DNA of 64,000 bases. It comes from Lama guanicoe (taxonomy: Eukaryota). The notes under the pieces were generated by a model, which saw nothing but the letters and a program-made list of their open reading frames with translations, was not told where the DNA came from and made no database searches. Positions 13,829 to 27,058 of this stretch are shown piece after piece. The position numbers and the translations under genes are program-made. Within the stretch, counting starts at the first letter, position 1. Each line of letters begins with the position of its first letter. The stretch covers positions 870,826 through 934,825 of the forward strand of contig MU053561.1 of the NCBI GenBank assembly GCA_013239625.1. Direction: 5' to 3'.

Positions 13829-14376
13829 CCCAGCAATGGCAATGCTGTTAATTTAATCTGACCCAGAGTACTGTCAGTTGAGATGCCAATATTTTTTGTG
13901 TGTTGGGCTTTAAATTATAGAACATACTAAAGATTACTCTTGCGTTTGAGTTGAGTATGATATTGGCCCTAGTGCTAGGATGAAGAATGAAAAGTGGCAT
14001 GTTATAAAATATTAAATATAAAACACTAACCCGAAATTTCTTATAGGACTTCTCAGTTGTTTCTCGTTCATGGAGAAACTTGCTCCTCCCAGGTCTCAGT
14101 AATCTGTATGTGTGTGAAGTCAGATTATGAAGGATTTTCTACACAAACCTGAGGGGCTTGGACTTGACTGTAGGAAAGGAAGAACCAGTGGAGATTCGTT
14201 ACTTTAAGAAGACAGTTCAGGTGGTGGTATGGAAGATAAAAAAGTCAGAAACTATTGAAACGGCACAGGTGAGATGACTGGCGATTAGACTATATTGATG
14301 GAGAGGGAGAAGTGAAATTTTATTGGATAATATCCCTGAAGATTTAGCAATTAATTACATGTTAATAATCATAGCT

Positions 14377-14558
14377 ACTTTTTTCCATCTTACTTAAGAT
14401 ACAGTTGACATATTATAAGTGTAAGATGTACAACATAGTGACTTGTTACCCGTATATATTGTGAAATGGTTACCACAGTGAATTAGTTAATACATCCACC
14501 ACCTCATATAATTATATATATATATATTTTTTTTTTGGTGGTGAGAACATTTAAAATC
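14377..14558 (-). mobile_element. LINE-1 (L1MA-like) 3' end fragment inserted at a MIR end
   Basis: gtacaacatagtgac...gtggtgagaacatttaaaatc. TSD aatcatagct at 14367-14376 and 14559-14568. Confidence 0.75.
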
Positions 14559-15969
14559 AATCATAGCTGATATTTAGGGAGTGCTTTCTATGTGTCAGGC
14601 ACTATTCTAAGCACTTTTTATGTACTAATATATTTAATTCTTACAATGATCCTAATGAAGTAATACTATTAAAATTTTGATTTCAGATGAAGCAACTGAG
14701 GCACAAATACTTGCCAGAGATCTAGTAATTGGAGGAGCCAGGATTTTAACCCACAGAATCCGGTGAGGGAAATGAAGGAATCAGGGATGACTCCTGTGGT
14801 TAGGAGACTGAGTGAATGGTTCTGTCATTAGCCAGGATTGAAAATACAGAACAGTAGGTTTGGGGAGAATTGACTGGAAGGTCACAAGTCAGTAGATTCC
14901 ATTTTGGATGTGTCACTAAGTTTGAAGAGCTGCTGGTGGGAAGTCCAAATGGCCATGTCCCATAGATAGTTAATAGTAAGTACTAGAAATAATATTTGGT
15001 GTTCAAATTTGTCTTTTCTCAAAAAGGCAATACTGTTTTACTGTATACAATATGTAGCTGCAGTAAAACGCGAAAAATTGATGATATTGTCTTCGAGCTT
15101 TAAAAAACTCAATGGGTGCTTTCATCAGAGTGAAAAGTCTTTGTGATAGTTTATTCTCATGTCCTCTTCATATTGTTAGGTAAATAACTATCTTGCCTGG
15201 AACTCTGTGACATTTTTTAGCTAAGCAGATAGAGGAGAGGAATTCATTCATTGTGATTTGTGCTCACCGATCATAAGTGAATTTACTTCATTACAGACTC
15301 CCCTTACACTCTCACCCTTTGCGCCACACATTCCTCCAAATACACCCCTGCCTTGCTCTAACCACGGGGCATTCCAGTTCAAACCCAGCAGTTTATGGGA
15401 ACTGCTTTTGTTGAAATCATTAAAGAAAGAAAGGCCTGTGAATTCTCTTTCCAAAGCCCTGCCTGTTTTCTGTGTCATTTCAGTCTCATTAATCAGCATT
15501 GCAACAAAGTAGACATGGTGCTGTGTATTTTACTGTCCCCAGCACAGCAGCTTCTGCGTCTCTGCCCCCAGGCCGACGCATTGGGGAAAAAGAGAGAGGG
15601 AAACCATCAATCTTCCCAGTTGCACATGTCAGCGGTGATTCCTTCGCGCTTCCTGCTGGCTGTCTCTCTCACCACCTGTGTTTAGAATTAGCACTGAAGC
15701 TGCTGCCCAGATGAATAAGAACCACTGTCCCTGTCACCTGCCCTGGTACGGGCCACCACTTCTAAATGAAAACAAGACGTACATAGGGCAGTTATCATTA
15801 CTGTGAGCGGTGCAACAGAGAGGGTCACACGTCCCCCTAGAAGTTCATCATGACATAAAATTAAAGCAGATTTTAGGTCATTCATTTCAGGAGGCAGCCT
15901 CATTTATTGAATCAGAGGGGTAAAAGCCATTAATTTCTTGAGCGCCTTGCTGTATCTCAGTCTCCCCCT

Positions 15970-16330
15970 GAAGTGTATAGAGCTGAATTTGATCTACTTG
16001 TGTTCAAATCCCGACTCCACTATTTACTAGCTATGCAGTACTCACCGAACCCCTCAGCACCTCAGCCTCCTCATCTGTAAAACAGAGATGATGGTACTAC
16101 CTACCTCACGGTACTACCTTTTTGTGAGGATTAAATGAGATAATGCATTCATAGCCCTTGCTAGAGTAGTTTGCACACAGTGAGCACTCAATAAATGTTA
16201 GCCATTATTATTGTTAACCTCATTGTTCGCATAATAAAACTGAGGTTCAGAGAGATTAAATAATTTGTGCAAGCTACCAAGAGATGTAGAGGGAATTTGA
16301 ACCTAGCACTCTCTGATTCCCAAAACTCAT
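15970..16330. mobile_element. Tail-to-tail MIR pair
   Basis: cctcagcctcctcatctgtaaaac...gcactcaataaatgttagc, then aaactgaggttcagagagattaaataatttg. Confidence 0.7.
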
Positions 16331-18275
16331 TTCTGTTCTGTTAACCTGTATTGTTTCATTCTCATTCCAGCTTACAAATAACTTAGTATGTGAGCTTAAT
16401 AAATCACTTGACTTTATTCACATCTTTATTTCCCATTATGTAAAATGAAAATAATGATAACTGAGGTTCCTGTTAGAATGAGACTCTTGTAATTACATGT
16501 CAACTAGTATAATCAGGCTATATAGAAAAACTAGGCATATTTTAAAAATTTGGCCACTGAAAATGTTCAGGCCCTTGAAAAAAAAAGTTAAATAGTACAA
16601 AAGTGTCAAAAAGGAAGTCATTGTGTATTCCCATTCATTATTATTACTATTTATTATTATTACTCCCATTTTATAGATGAGATTCTGTGACTTGTACAAG
16701 GAAACACAGCTAGTGTGTGCAGAGCTGGCATTGGAGTTGTTGTTCTGACACCAGATTTGGGCCTCTTCACCTCTTCTCTGTGTGCTCAGTACTTAACATT
16801 CTTCTTAGCTGTTGCATAGTATTCCTTCATATAATAATAAAACCACTATTTAATTAATATTTTCCCTACTAATGGACATTTAGTTGCTTTTGTTATGAAA
16901 TAATCATGTGGGGAATGCCTTGTATCCTTACATTCTCGTGTTCCTGTAGGACCAATTTCTGTATGTTGGATGTTTGGGTCAAAATATTTAAACACTTAAA
17001 ATTTTGACCTCCATAAATGGTCAGATAACTTACTCCATGCCAGGCACTAAGCACTTTACACTAGTAAACTCATCACAACCCCTCCACCCCGTCTACCCTG
17101 TGAGGTTGGTATATTATTATCTTCATTTTGTAGATGCTCAAGGCTGTACAAGGAATAGAACCAGGACTTCAACCCAGGCAACCTACCCCTAGAGCCTGCT
17201 TCTTAACCATGGTCAATAACCAGACAAGTTATCCTAGTCATATTTGACTGCTTGACTTTGTGAATTTTCTAATTTATTCTAAAGTTGACTTAACAGTATG
17301 AGCTGATGAGAAGGTTCTGATCAAATATTGTTGAAACAACCACAGCCCTGGGGATTATATCTGTCTACAGGTCAGATGATGAGAAAGGGAGCCGTGGGTC
17401 ACTGGAAAATGAGACTTCTTCCTCCTAGTTGTGGTCAGGACAGCCAAAGAAATTCTTTATTTTGAGTGAACTATCTGTATTCCAGGAAAATAACTTTAGA
17501 ATTTTTTTTTCTCTGTTAGCATTGTGAGTACCTTGTAAAAAAATTCACACTTTATCACTCTCAAAGGTTCAGAACACTTGTAGTCATGGAGTTACTTCAT
17601 ATGTCATGCAGAAGAATTTCTGGCATCTTGGCCTCAATTAGCCAAGGCCACCTGTCGTTAGTCCGGGTCTTAGTCAGCCAACCCAGCTGACCATGAGACC
17701 TGCCTACGGCTGCTTGAGTGTTGAATTCAGACTCTCTGATAGGGATTGGAGGGTGCTGGAGAGTTTGCCACCCAGGAAAATGGGTAGAAAAGAACATTCT
17801 ATGCAAAGATAATTTTGTTTCCTTCCTATTGCAATTCTTATGTCAAAACCTTCTTAGTGGGATTATTTTCTTGGCAAAGTCTGGGATACGTGTGCTTCCT
17901 GAATCTCTGAGCCTTAAGGATTTATGGAACCGGGCATTGCCAAGTAAGTTTACTAACTTGGAAGATGGTGTGCTTACTTGTCCCAGGTGTCTTTTCTCAC
18001 CAATGTAGAGGCTCTAACCACACCTTCATAATCTCTTTACCTTCTTAATCTGCTGACCTTCTTGTCATATTAGAACTGCCTAAAGCCAGAGGGGCCTCTG
18101 ACCATGTATAAATAAATGTTCAGGGATTTTATTACCTTGAAATGTAAATTATAAGCAAGTGAACCTTTCATATTTTTACAGTCTATTTGTGTGTTCGTGT
18201 GTGTATATGCGTATTTCCATGTTTCTGACCCGGTTGGCAGTTTTGGAGAATAATTATGTAGTAGTTGGCTTGGAA

Positions 18276-18745
18276 CAGTGGTTTTTCAATCGTGACCACA
18301 CGTTAGAATCACCTGGGGAGACTTTAAGAAATCCTGATGCTCACACCAAACCCGAAACTGATTAAATCAGAATCTCTGAGAATGGGACCCAAACTCCCAG
18401 ATAATCACTGTGCAGCCAAGATTGAGAACTGTTGGCTTAGAAGGTATCTTCTATCTTTTATTCATGGTGTTTTCATCTGTACCTCATTATGTGTGGTTGA
18501 AGTGAATTTAAAGAATAAGTGTTGGTGCCCCCAAAACCCCTGTCAAACTTGAGCAGGCATCAGAATCACCTGGAAGGCTTGTTGGAGCATGGATTACATA
18601 AATCTTCTCATTTCTTCTCCTGGGGTAAAGCCTACCTTTAGAATTTCTGAGTCAGTAGTTCTGAGTTGGGGCCCAGGAATCTGCATTCCTAACGAGGTCC
18701 TGTTACGGTGATGTTGCTGGTGGAGGGACACCCTGTAAGAACCTC
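18276..18745. mobile_element. Two adjacent MER5-type hAT-Charlie MITEs (about 18276-18434 and 18535-18745)
   Basis: ttagaatcacctggggag, aaatcagaatctctg, gcatcagaatcacctggaaggcttgtt, ggggcccaggaatctgcattcctaac. Confidence 0.75.
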
Positions 18746-21700
18746 TGCTTCCGCCTTCCTTCCTCCTTCCTTCTCTGCTCTTTCTTCCCATAGTAGTGGC
18801 CAAGGCGACTGCCCCCAGGACAGTCCTCATACTCACAATATCAGTGTTAGGAAAGCTAGTGTTGCAAGAGGGAGCTTCCATGTGTTGCCCCGCCTCCAAG
18901 TAATCATAAATCTAATTTTCAAAGTCTATGTGCAAATACGACCTGCCTTTCTTACCAGATTGCTCCCTGTAAGCCCTTTCTGCTTGAAAATCAGAGCCAC
19001 CACTGGGTAGGTGGTTTTCTAGTGTCCCCGAATGTAACTTGGACTTCACTTTCCCACAGAAACAATTTTATGAATGGGGTTTAGGTGCAGCTGAAATGGT
19101 GCTGTTAGAACCATTCTTCAGAAATACTGTGGGTTCAGTGAGGCTTCGGTGGGCTGCCTTCCAGGAGCTTCACTGCCATCTAAAGAACTGAGTTTCTGAG
19201 TTTCAGAAAACCAATTTTCAAATGAACTCTTAGGCCATAACTTATTTAGGAACTCCCTATAACTGGAACATTTGATTCATTTTGTATAGTTATTTTGCCC
19301 TTTACATGGAGCCAGAGAACGTGGGGTTGGGGTGGGAGGTTTGTCATTTGTTCCACTAACATTTATTAGATGCTCACAATGTACCTGACAGTGCCATATA
19401 CTGGGGATATAAAGATGAAAAAGACAGCCCCTGCCCTGGAGAGCTCGTATTCTGGGTGAGAAAATATTTACTAAGCAAATAAGAAAATATTTACCAAGTA
19501 ACCAACGTGATATGTGCAATAATGAACTGATGAAAGAGGGATCTGTTCTGCTTGGAGAGAGAGACTGTGTGTATGTGTGTGTGTACGTGTGTGTGTGTAC
19601 ATGGGTGTGTGTTTGGTAGGGAGAAGGTATGTTTAAGAGCTTTAGAATCAGGGAGAGATTGTTAGGGCTTGAAGACCTTGAAGGCCATGGGGAGTTCTCC
19701 AGGCAGGGAAGGGGCTGAGGAACGTCCAGGATGAGGGAACAGTCTGAGTGCCGAGGGGATGAGTTGTATGAAAAAAGGCAAATAACAAGGTCAGCTCCTC
19801 ATGGAGGATGATGGAGGACCACTGGGAAGGGAATTGAGTGTCACATAAAATTTGAGTGAGAAACGAGAAGAGTTATGCTTAGAGCTAAGTCTCTATGTGT
19901 GGTATTTGCAGTTTTATCCCAGGCTTTTTTTTTTTTTGAGAACTTTCTTCTGTGTATTTCCCACTACTCTGAAAAAGAACATTTTTTTTCAACAAAATAT
20001 TAATATTTTGAAAAGGTACTGAATCAAGTTGTTTGCAAAGCTCTGCTCTAGGAAGCTCGCAGGGGGCCACCTCCTGGGGATTCCTCCCCACCTCCGCCGT
20101 TACCCCTACACCAAGCTTTTCTTGGACTCTTTTCTGTATTAGGCTTGTCTGGTAAGAATATTACATTGGAAAAAGGGCACATAACTAAAAAAGAGAAGTT
20201 TAAATACCAGTCTAATCTACTTCTCACACATTTAGTAACAGCCAGAGGGACTAGGTGTGAAGAGTCAAATCTCTCAGCTGCTGTGAAAGGACAGCTGTTC
20301 TCAGACAATCACCCAAGGGTGGGCCATCAGGCGGGCATTGATGTGGCTGTGTGATTGGTGATCATGGGTAGGATGAGCCTTTGTTTGGCCACAAAAGGGC
20401 ATGATGAAATCCTATCTTCCCAGTATGATCTAACACTTTAAGATCAATGTTCAAATTTTCTTATGAGGAAAAACTAACATTTTCTTAAGCATTTCAGATC
20501 ATTCTTTATACTTTAAAATTTTTAGTACTTCTTGAGCTCTTGCCTGTATTTACTATTCCATTCAATATAAAAATAAATTATGTAATGGTGGTTAAGATAT
20601 TTATGTCAAGAATTTGCTCTTGGCTGATTTAGTTTAGCAAGCAGTATTACATTAGAAACTAAAAGTATTTCTCACTACGTATATGTTATAATTACTGACG
20701 TTGTGTTTAGATAATATATTAATCTAGTTTTAGTCACTTTTCCAATAAAAACTAAAAGGACTTGCCAGTTTATTCTGTACCTGCATATAACCCTTGCATT
20801 TAAACATAGCTTAGCTGCCCCGAGGTGACAGTGCAATCTTTCCTGGGAGCCACAGTCCCCAGATTTTATATTTCATCACCTCTGTCTGTTGGTGAGATAT
20901 TCACGGAGGTACTATTGGATATGTAAGCAAGAAGACAGAAAAGAAAGACCCGAAGAAAACAAACCCAAAGAGATGTTGAGGTATTAAAGAAGAAGAAAAA
21001 AAAGTGATAAACACACAAAAGTGTCATGGTTTGGTGGGCGGAGCTGTGGAGGTCTGGATTCTGGTCCCAGCTGCACCACCAGCCGTGTGCCTTAGCCTTT
21101 CAGGAAACATCTCTGTGGCACACCTTCCCCTTTTGAGTAGCGTGTGTGTGGAGGGGAGACCTGATGCAGCCCAGTGTGAAGGAAGGAGACAGAACTCAGA
21201 GTCCAGTGGTGAGACTGCTATCCAGATCTGACCACCTGCCTGTCATCTTGTGCAGGTTACTGAACCTCACAGTGTCCTTCTCTGGAAAGCAAGGCCAATA
21301 ATTCCTGCCTCCATCACATGAGATGAGGTACATGCAAGTGCCCAGGAATGTTTCAGATAGCTAAAGTTCAGCCTCAGAAGGAAAATACATCTGCAGAAAC
21401 ATTCAGTCACATGGTGGAAGGACAGCACAGTACACGGAGGGAAAAGACATGCATGGCTCTTAAAATGTGGTGGTGGCTTAAATAAGTGTAGAAAACTTTT
21501 TTTTAAAAAATTAAGTTTATTCTTTTTAAACTATTTCCCTGGCCTAGCAATACATATTAAGTGCCCTTATGGAACTCACAGTCTGATGGGTTAGTCACAC
21601 CTTTCTCTTTTCTTCTTTTTAAAAAATGATTTTTTTCTTGCAGTTTTAATTGTTGGCCTACATATTACTTCTTGTTTGAGGGTGACATAAGACCTGTCTT

Positions 21701-24294
21701 CTCTTACATTGAATTAATATTCACTCTATGGATTCCCAGGTCTAAGCATCTGGTTTCATTTCTACTTAGTTTTGTTTTTTTTTTTTTCATTTCTACCGGG
21801 TTTTTTTTCTTGGTGCTGAGTCAGCATTTTCTCACCGACCCAGGACTCTCTGTTCTTTCTGGAAGAAGGAGCTGACTGTGGCAGAACAATGCTGAGCTGT
21901 GGCCAAAGAAAGCTTCAGAGAAGCACCTGGATCCTCCCAGCTAGGGCCAAAGTGCTGTTTTTCTATGCCGGGTCTCCTACGTTTCAGTTCTTAAATCACT
22001 AATGGGTGGTAGAGACATTTTCAAGAAAATGTTGAAGATATATGTGAGGTGACTAGGGTTGAAATAGTAGGGTGACATACGTGATAGAATTGAGAAACAC
22101 AGAGAGCTAAGCAATGAGAGTCTTAAGCTGAAATTTTTATTTATATACAATTAGAAGAATAAATTAGACATGCAGAAAGATTTTCAACCCAATTAGTTGA
22201 TAATGTTGTCGATTACTTTTTTATCACAATCTGTGATAACATGCCTTTCATTGAACCAATTAGACATAGTGGTTGTTCAGCCAAGTTTTTGGTTCACCGT
22301 TGACTACAGCTAAAACAGGTGTGATGAATGCACAGTGGATGTTATAGCTGGACACAAGAAGGACTTAGTAAAAAGAATCTTGAAATCTTTAGTTGGTGTC
22401 TTTGGTTCCCATCACTGTACCAAAGCTGAAAGTGTTTCAAAGACAGCCTTCTTTTGATGTATTTTATTCGCTTGAGATTAAAATCAGAAGCTTCCTTTGG
22501 TTAATCACAAAAATTATCTTTTACCGTAATTAGCCACTTGGGATTTTTCAGTGTTTTTTGGGTGCAGTAATTGAAATTACTGTGATTATGAATTTTGGAT
22601 AGGCTCAGTACCTTACGTCAGGAATGCTTTTAGCTACGTTTTTCAGATTGGTAAATTTGTTCTCCCTTTGATTCCAACACCTACCGTCTCCTCTGGAATA
22701 TATCAAATCCCAGGGCTGATGCTGCCCATTGGTAATGCTGATTCTGTTACAAACAAGCCAATTCATGTATTGATTGGAAGTGGCATTTGTTAAAGAAGTA
22801 CACCTGAAATAAAAATGAAGACCTACTTCATAAAATGCTCCTTTTTTAGCCTCTGTGCACTGCGATGGGATTGAAGGTTGACGCTCCAGACTTCCCCATG
22901 AGTGAATGCCTGTGGGCTAGTCTTGAAGCTGTTTTCTTTGTGGTTTGCCTCCTGTCCACTGGGAAGCCCATGCTCCTTTCATTTTCATTCTTTTCCAACT
23001 CCAGTGCTTTTGAACACAGAACCCCCATCCTCCCACCACCCAAACTCCACATTCCAGCCCCATGATTTCATGGTACCAGGCGTATCTCCCCTGCCATGCC
23101 GTCAGGCTGCCTGCTGACTCTTGCAGGGGAACAGACGGGAACATAAACTCACCACAGAAGAGCAAGCCACTCTCTGTATATTTTTAAGACCAGGAATCCA
23201 GTTCTCATTTAGAGCCTGTATTTTTTTAATAGCTCCTTGAAAATTGAACAAAACATTTCTTGTTGCTCTTATTTCTTGATAACATCATTCCCTCTGCCTG
23301 GATGTATAGAATCACAGAAACTAGAGAATGAAAAAGACGTATTAGATCATGTCTAGTTCATTCCCACTGGTCACAATTCTTTTTTCCCACAGTCTGTCCT
23401 CTAGTGCTTTCCTCTTCTAGTTTTCTCAAGAATTCATTTCTCCATTTCTCCTGGGGAATAATTCCTTAGTTTGAACATGGAGGAATTTATGTGGAAATAT
23501 TCATATTCTAGTCCTTATAATCCTTTACATGACCATAAACAGTTCCCTTTCATCCTAGGTCAAGCATTTCTGGATTTTTTTTTTCCTCTCTTCTATTTAT
23601 TAAGTTCAGAGCTTGTTTTTCTGCTTTGCTTTCTCTCTTCATCAATCAGGCCCTAAAGCCCATTAATCATTTTTTTTTTTTAACCTCAGTGAAAGCTCCT
23701 TTGCTTATTCCCATATCAGGAACCCAGGGCTGGTTTAGGTCCTAAGGTCCTAGAGGAAGCCTCATTGATATGTACTTATTCTATGCTAAGTTTTCTCTCT
23801 CCCTCTCTCTACCCTCTCCACCCCCAACTCCCTGCCTCAGTTCTCAATTACAAACCGTTTTTAAAATAGTGTCTCTAAATTGTGATTTGGGGAGTTAGTC
23901 ATTCGAAAGCCTCTTGTGTGTGTACGTGTGTACGTGTGTATGGTTTTAAGTGGTAAGATTATATTTGTTCTCAGTTACTTAGAGGACATTTTTCATATTG
24001 TCAGAGCCACAAATCTTTTCAGTCTCCTGAGTGGTTGGATCAAATACAGTTCTGGGTCATGGAATTATGATGTAGCATTCTATTTTATGGCTGTCATCTC
24101 AGGAGCAGAGAGGACAACAAGCAAATATGGGGAAAATAGGCTGTATTTGTAGGATTTGAAATTCTTGGGGAAAGAGAAGGGCAAAGTAAGTAGCCTTGGC
24201 AGTCACGTACCTAAAGTAGATTAGCTTTTAGGAGATAATGTTAGATATAGATATATAAAATATAATATTAGGTTAAGACTTTAAAATGTCATTC

Positions 24295-24560
24295 TTTTCT
24301 TAATTTTAGCTTTATTGATGTATACTTGACAAAGAAAGTTAGAAGATATTTAAAGTGTACATAGACCATGATGATTTGATATACACTGTGAAAAGGTCCT
24401 CCTCCCACCTACTTAATTATTAACACAACCAACACTTCATGTGTTTATCTTTTTGTGTATCAGATATCTATGAGCATTTGAGTTCTACTCTCAGCAATTT
24501 TCAATTATACAATACAGTGTTATCAACTATAGTCATCATGTTTTACATTAAATCCTCATT
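24295..24560 (-). mobile_element. LINE-1 (L1MA-like) 3' fragment
   Basis: agttctactctcagcaattttcaattatacaatacagtgttatcaactatagtcatcatg is a typical L1MA 3' end. Boundaries approximate. Confidence 0.7.
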
Positions 24561-24569
24561 GGTATGTGG

Positions 24570-25690
24570 TTTTCTAGATTGGAGGACCCAATATTATAAA
24601 CATGTTGGTTTTCCCCAAAGCAATCTATAGACTCAGTATAATCCCAGTCACAAACCCCAAACAAGTTTTTTTTTTCCTCTTGCAACTTAAAAAGATGACT
24701 GTAAAACAGAATGAAAAGTGTAAAGTACCAAGGATGGGTTAGATACTCTTGAAGAAGAAGAAGAAGGTAGAAAGACTTGCTCTACCAGGTCCCAGGACTT
24801 AATAAGAAGGCAGCTGCACTTGATACTGGTCCAGACGTAGACAAATAGACCAGTGAACCAATGAGGCAATAAAAAGACCCAGATGTGTAGAGATACTTGA
24901 CTTATGCTGAAGTGGCATTCCAGAGCAGTGGGGAAAGACAGTCTTTTCAATAAATGGTTTTGGAGCAATTATGTAGCTATATAAGGGGAAAAAAGGGTAG
25001 AGAAAAATAAAGTGGATGCCTACCTCACACCATATGCAAAAAAGGACACAGACAAATGTAAAAACTAAAACTTTAAAGCATGCACATACATATGCTTTAT
25101 ATTTATGTACATGTATACATGAACTCAGGGTATTGAAAGATGTCTTCGATGGCAAAATCTGTAGTCAAAAATTATATATTTGGTAAAATTAAGAACATCT
25201 CTTCATCAAAAGATAACATAAAGGCAAATAGCCACACAATGAGAGAACACATTGGCCACACACGTAATTGACAAAAATATTAGGATCCAGAATATACAAA
25301 AATTCTTAAATCAATAAAAAGACAATCCAATCTGAGAAAAGCAGGCAAAGTAAGTTGAATAGGCTCTCCACAGTTGAAGAAATAAAAATAGCTAATAACC
25401 ATAAGAGTTCTCAACTTCTCTAATAAGTAATCAAAGAGATGCAACTAAACCATAAGGCAGTTCTACCTTCTATCACCAGTTAACTAAAAATAAAACTACT
25501 GGCAAAGTGTTGGTGAGGATGTAAAACAACAAGAATTTGTGGTATAAATTGTGAATTGCTATATACTTAGGAATAATTTAGCACACTGTAGTACAATTAG
25601 AGACACATATGCATACCTTATGACCCAGCAATTCTACTCCTAGCTATATACAGTACAGAAACTTGGCATTTAATACACAAGTATACATGT
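24570..25690 (+). mobile_element. Old LINE-1 ORF2 remnant
   Basis: Decayed ORF2 motifs (gtcttttcaataaatggt, tacctcacaccatatgcaaaaa, tatgacccagcaattctactcctag). Boundaries approximate. Confidence 0.75.
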
Positions 25691-26003
25691 AAAAGAATTT
25701 TTTCTTTTTTTTTTTTTTTGCAAATTTTCAGACCTATAGAAAAGTAGCAGGATAGTACACTGAAGTTTTAATAGATGGTAGCCAGTCAAAACATGGTAAC
25801 TAGTGGAAGGAGTGTGCATGAGCTTTGAAGTCAGTGATACCTGGCTTGAAGTTTCAATTCTACATACTAGTTGTGTGACCCAGGGCAATCTATTAAATCT
25901 GTGAGCCTCAGTTCTCGCATCTGCAAATGGAGGTAATCACATGCCTACCACACTGAGTATTATGAGGATTAAATACATTAATATGTATAAAACACTGAGC
26001 ATA

Positions 26004-27058
26004 CTAATGAAACTTACAAGCACCTGCAGAGCAAAGGAAACCAGAAATAAAACAAGAAGAAAACCTATGGAATGGGAGAAAATTTTTGCAAGTGAAACCG
26101 ACAAAGGCTTGATCTCCAAAATATATAAGCAGCTCATACGACTCAATAAGAAAAAAATAAACAACCCAATCCAAAAATGGGCAGAAGACCTAAACAAGCA
26201 ATTCTCCAAGGAAGACATACAAATGATCAAAAAGCACATGAAAAAATGCTCAATATCACTAATTATCAGAGAAATGCAAATCAAAACTACCATGAGGTAT
26301 CACCTCACACCAGTCAGAATGGCCGTCATTCAAAAATCCAAAAATGACAAATGCTGGAGAGGCTGTGGAGAAAGGGGAACCCTCCTACACTGCTGGTGGG
26401 AATGCAGTTTGGTGCAGCCACTATGGAAAACAGTGTGGAGATTCCTCAAAAGACTAGGAATAGACTTACCATATGACCCAGGAATCCCACTCCTGGGCTT
26501 GTATCCAGAAGGAAATCTACTTCAGGATGACACCTGCACTCCAATGTTCATAGCAGCACTATTTACAATAGCCAAAACATGGAAACAGCCTAAATGTCCA
26601 TCAATAGGTGACTGGATAAAGAAGAGGTGGTATATTTATACAATGGAATACTACTCAGCCATAAAAACCGACAACATAACGCCATTTGCAGCAACATGGA
26701 TGCTCCTAGAGAATGTCATTCTAAGTGAAGTAAGCCAGAAAGAGAAAGAAAAATACCATATGAGATCGCTCATATGTGGAATCTAAAGACTCATGGACAG
26801 AGAATACAGACTTGTGGTTACCAGGGGGGTAGAGGGTGGGAAGGGATAGACTGGGATTTCAAAATTGTAGAATAGATAAACAAGATTACACTGTATAGCA
26901 CAGGGAAATATACACAAAATGTTATGATAAATCACAGAGGAAAAAATGTGACAATGAGTGTGTATATGTCCATGAATGACTGAAAAATTGTGCTGAACAC
27001 TGGAATTTGACACATTGTAAAATGATTATAAATCAATAAAAATGTTAAAAAAATAAAT
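26004..27058 (+). mobile_element. Young 5'-truncated LINE-1 (ORF2 C-terminus, 3'UTR, A-rich tail) inserted into a MIR
   Basis: Uninterrupted ORF2 frame to the stop at 26786 (WEKIFA..., [18 protein letters not shown] zinc knuckle). AATAAA at 27035-27040. Perfect TSD aaaacactgagcata at 25989-26003 and 27059-27073. Confidence 0.96.

Noticed and set aside
25941..26786. 281-aa ORF as a host gene
   Set aside because: It is L1 ORF2 C-terminus bounded by a TSD; the start codon comes from MIR sequence.
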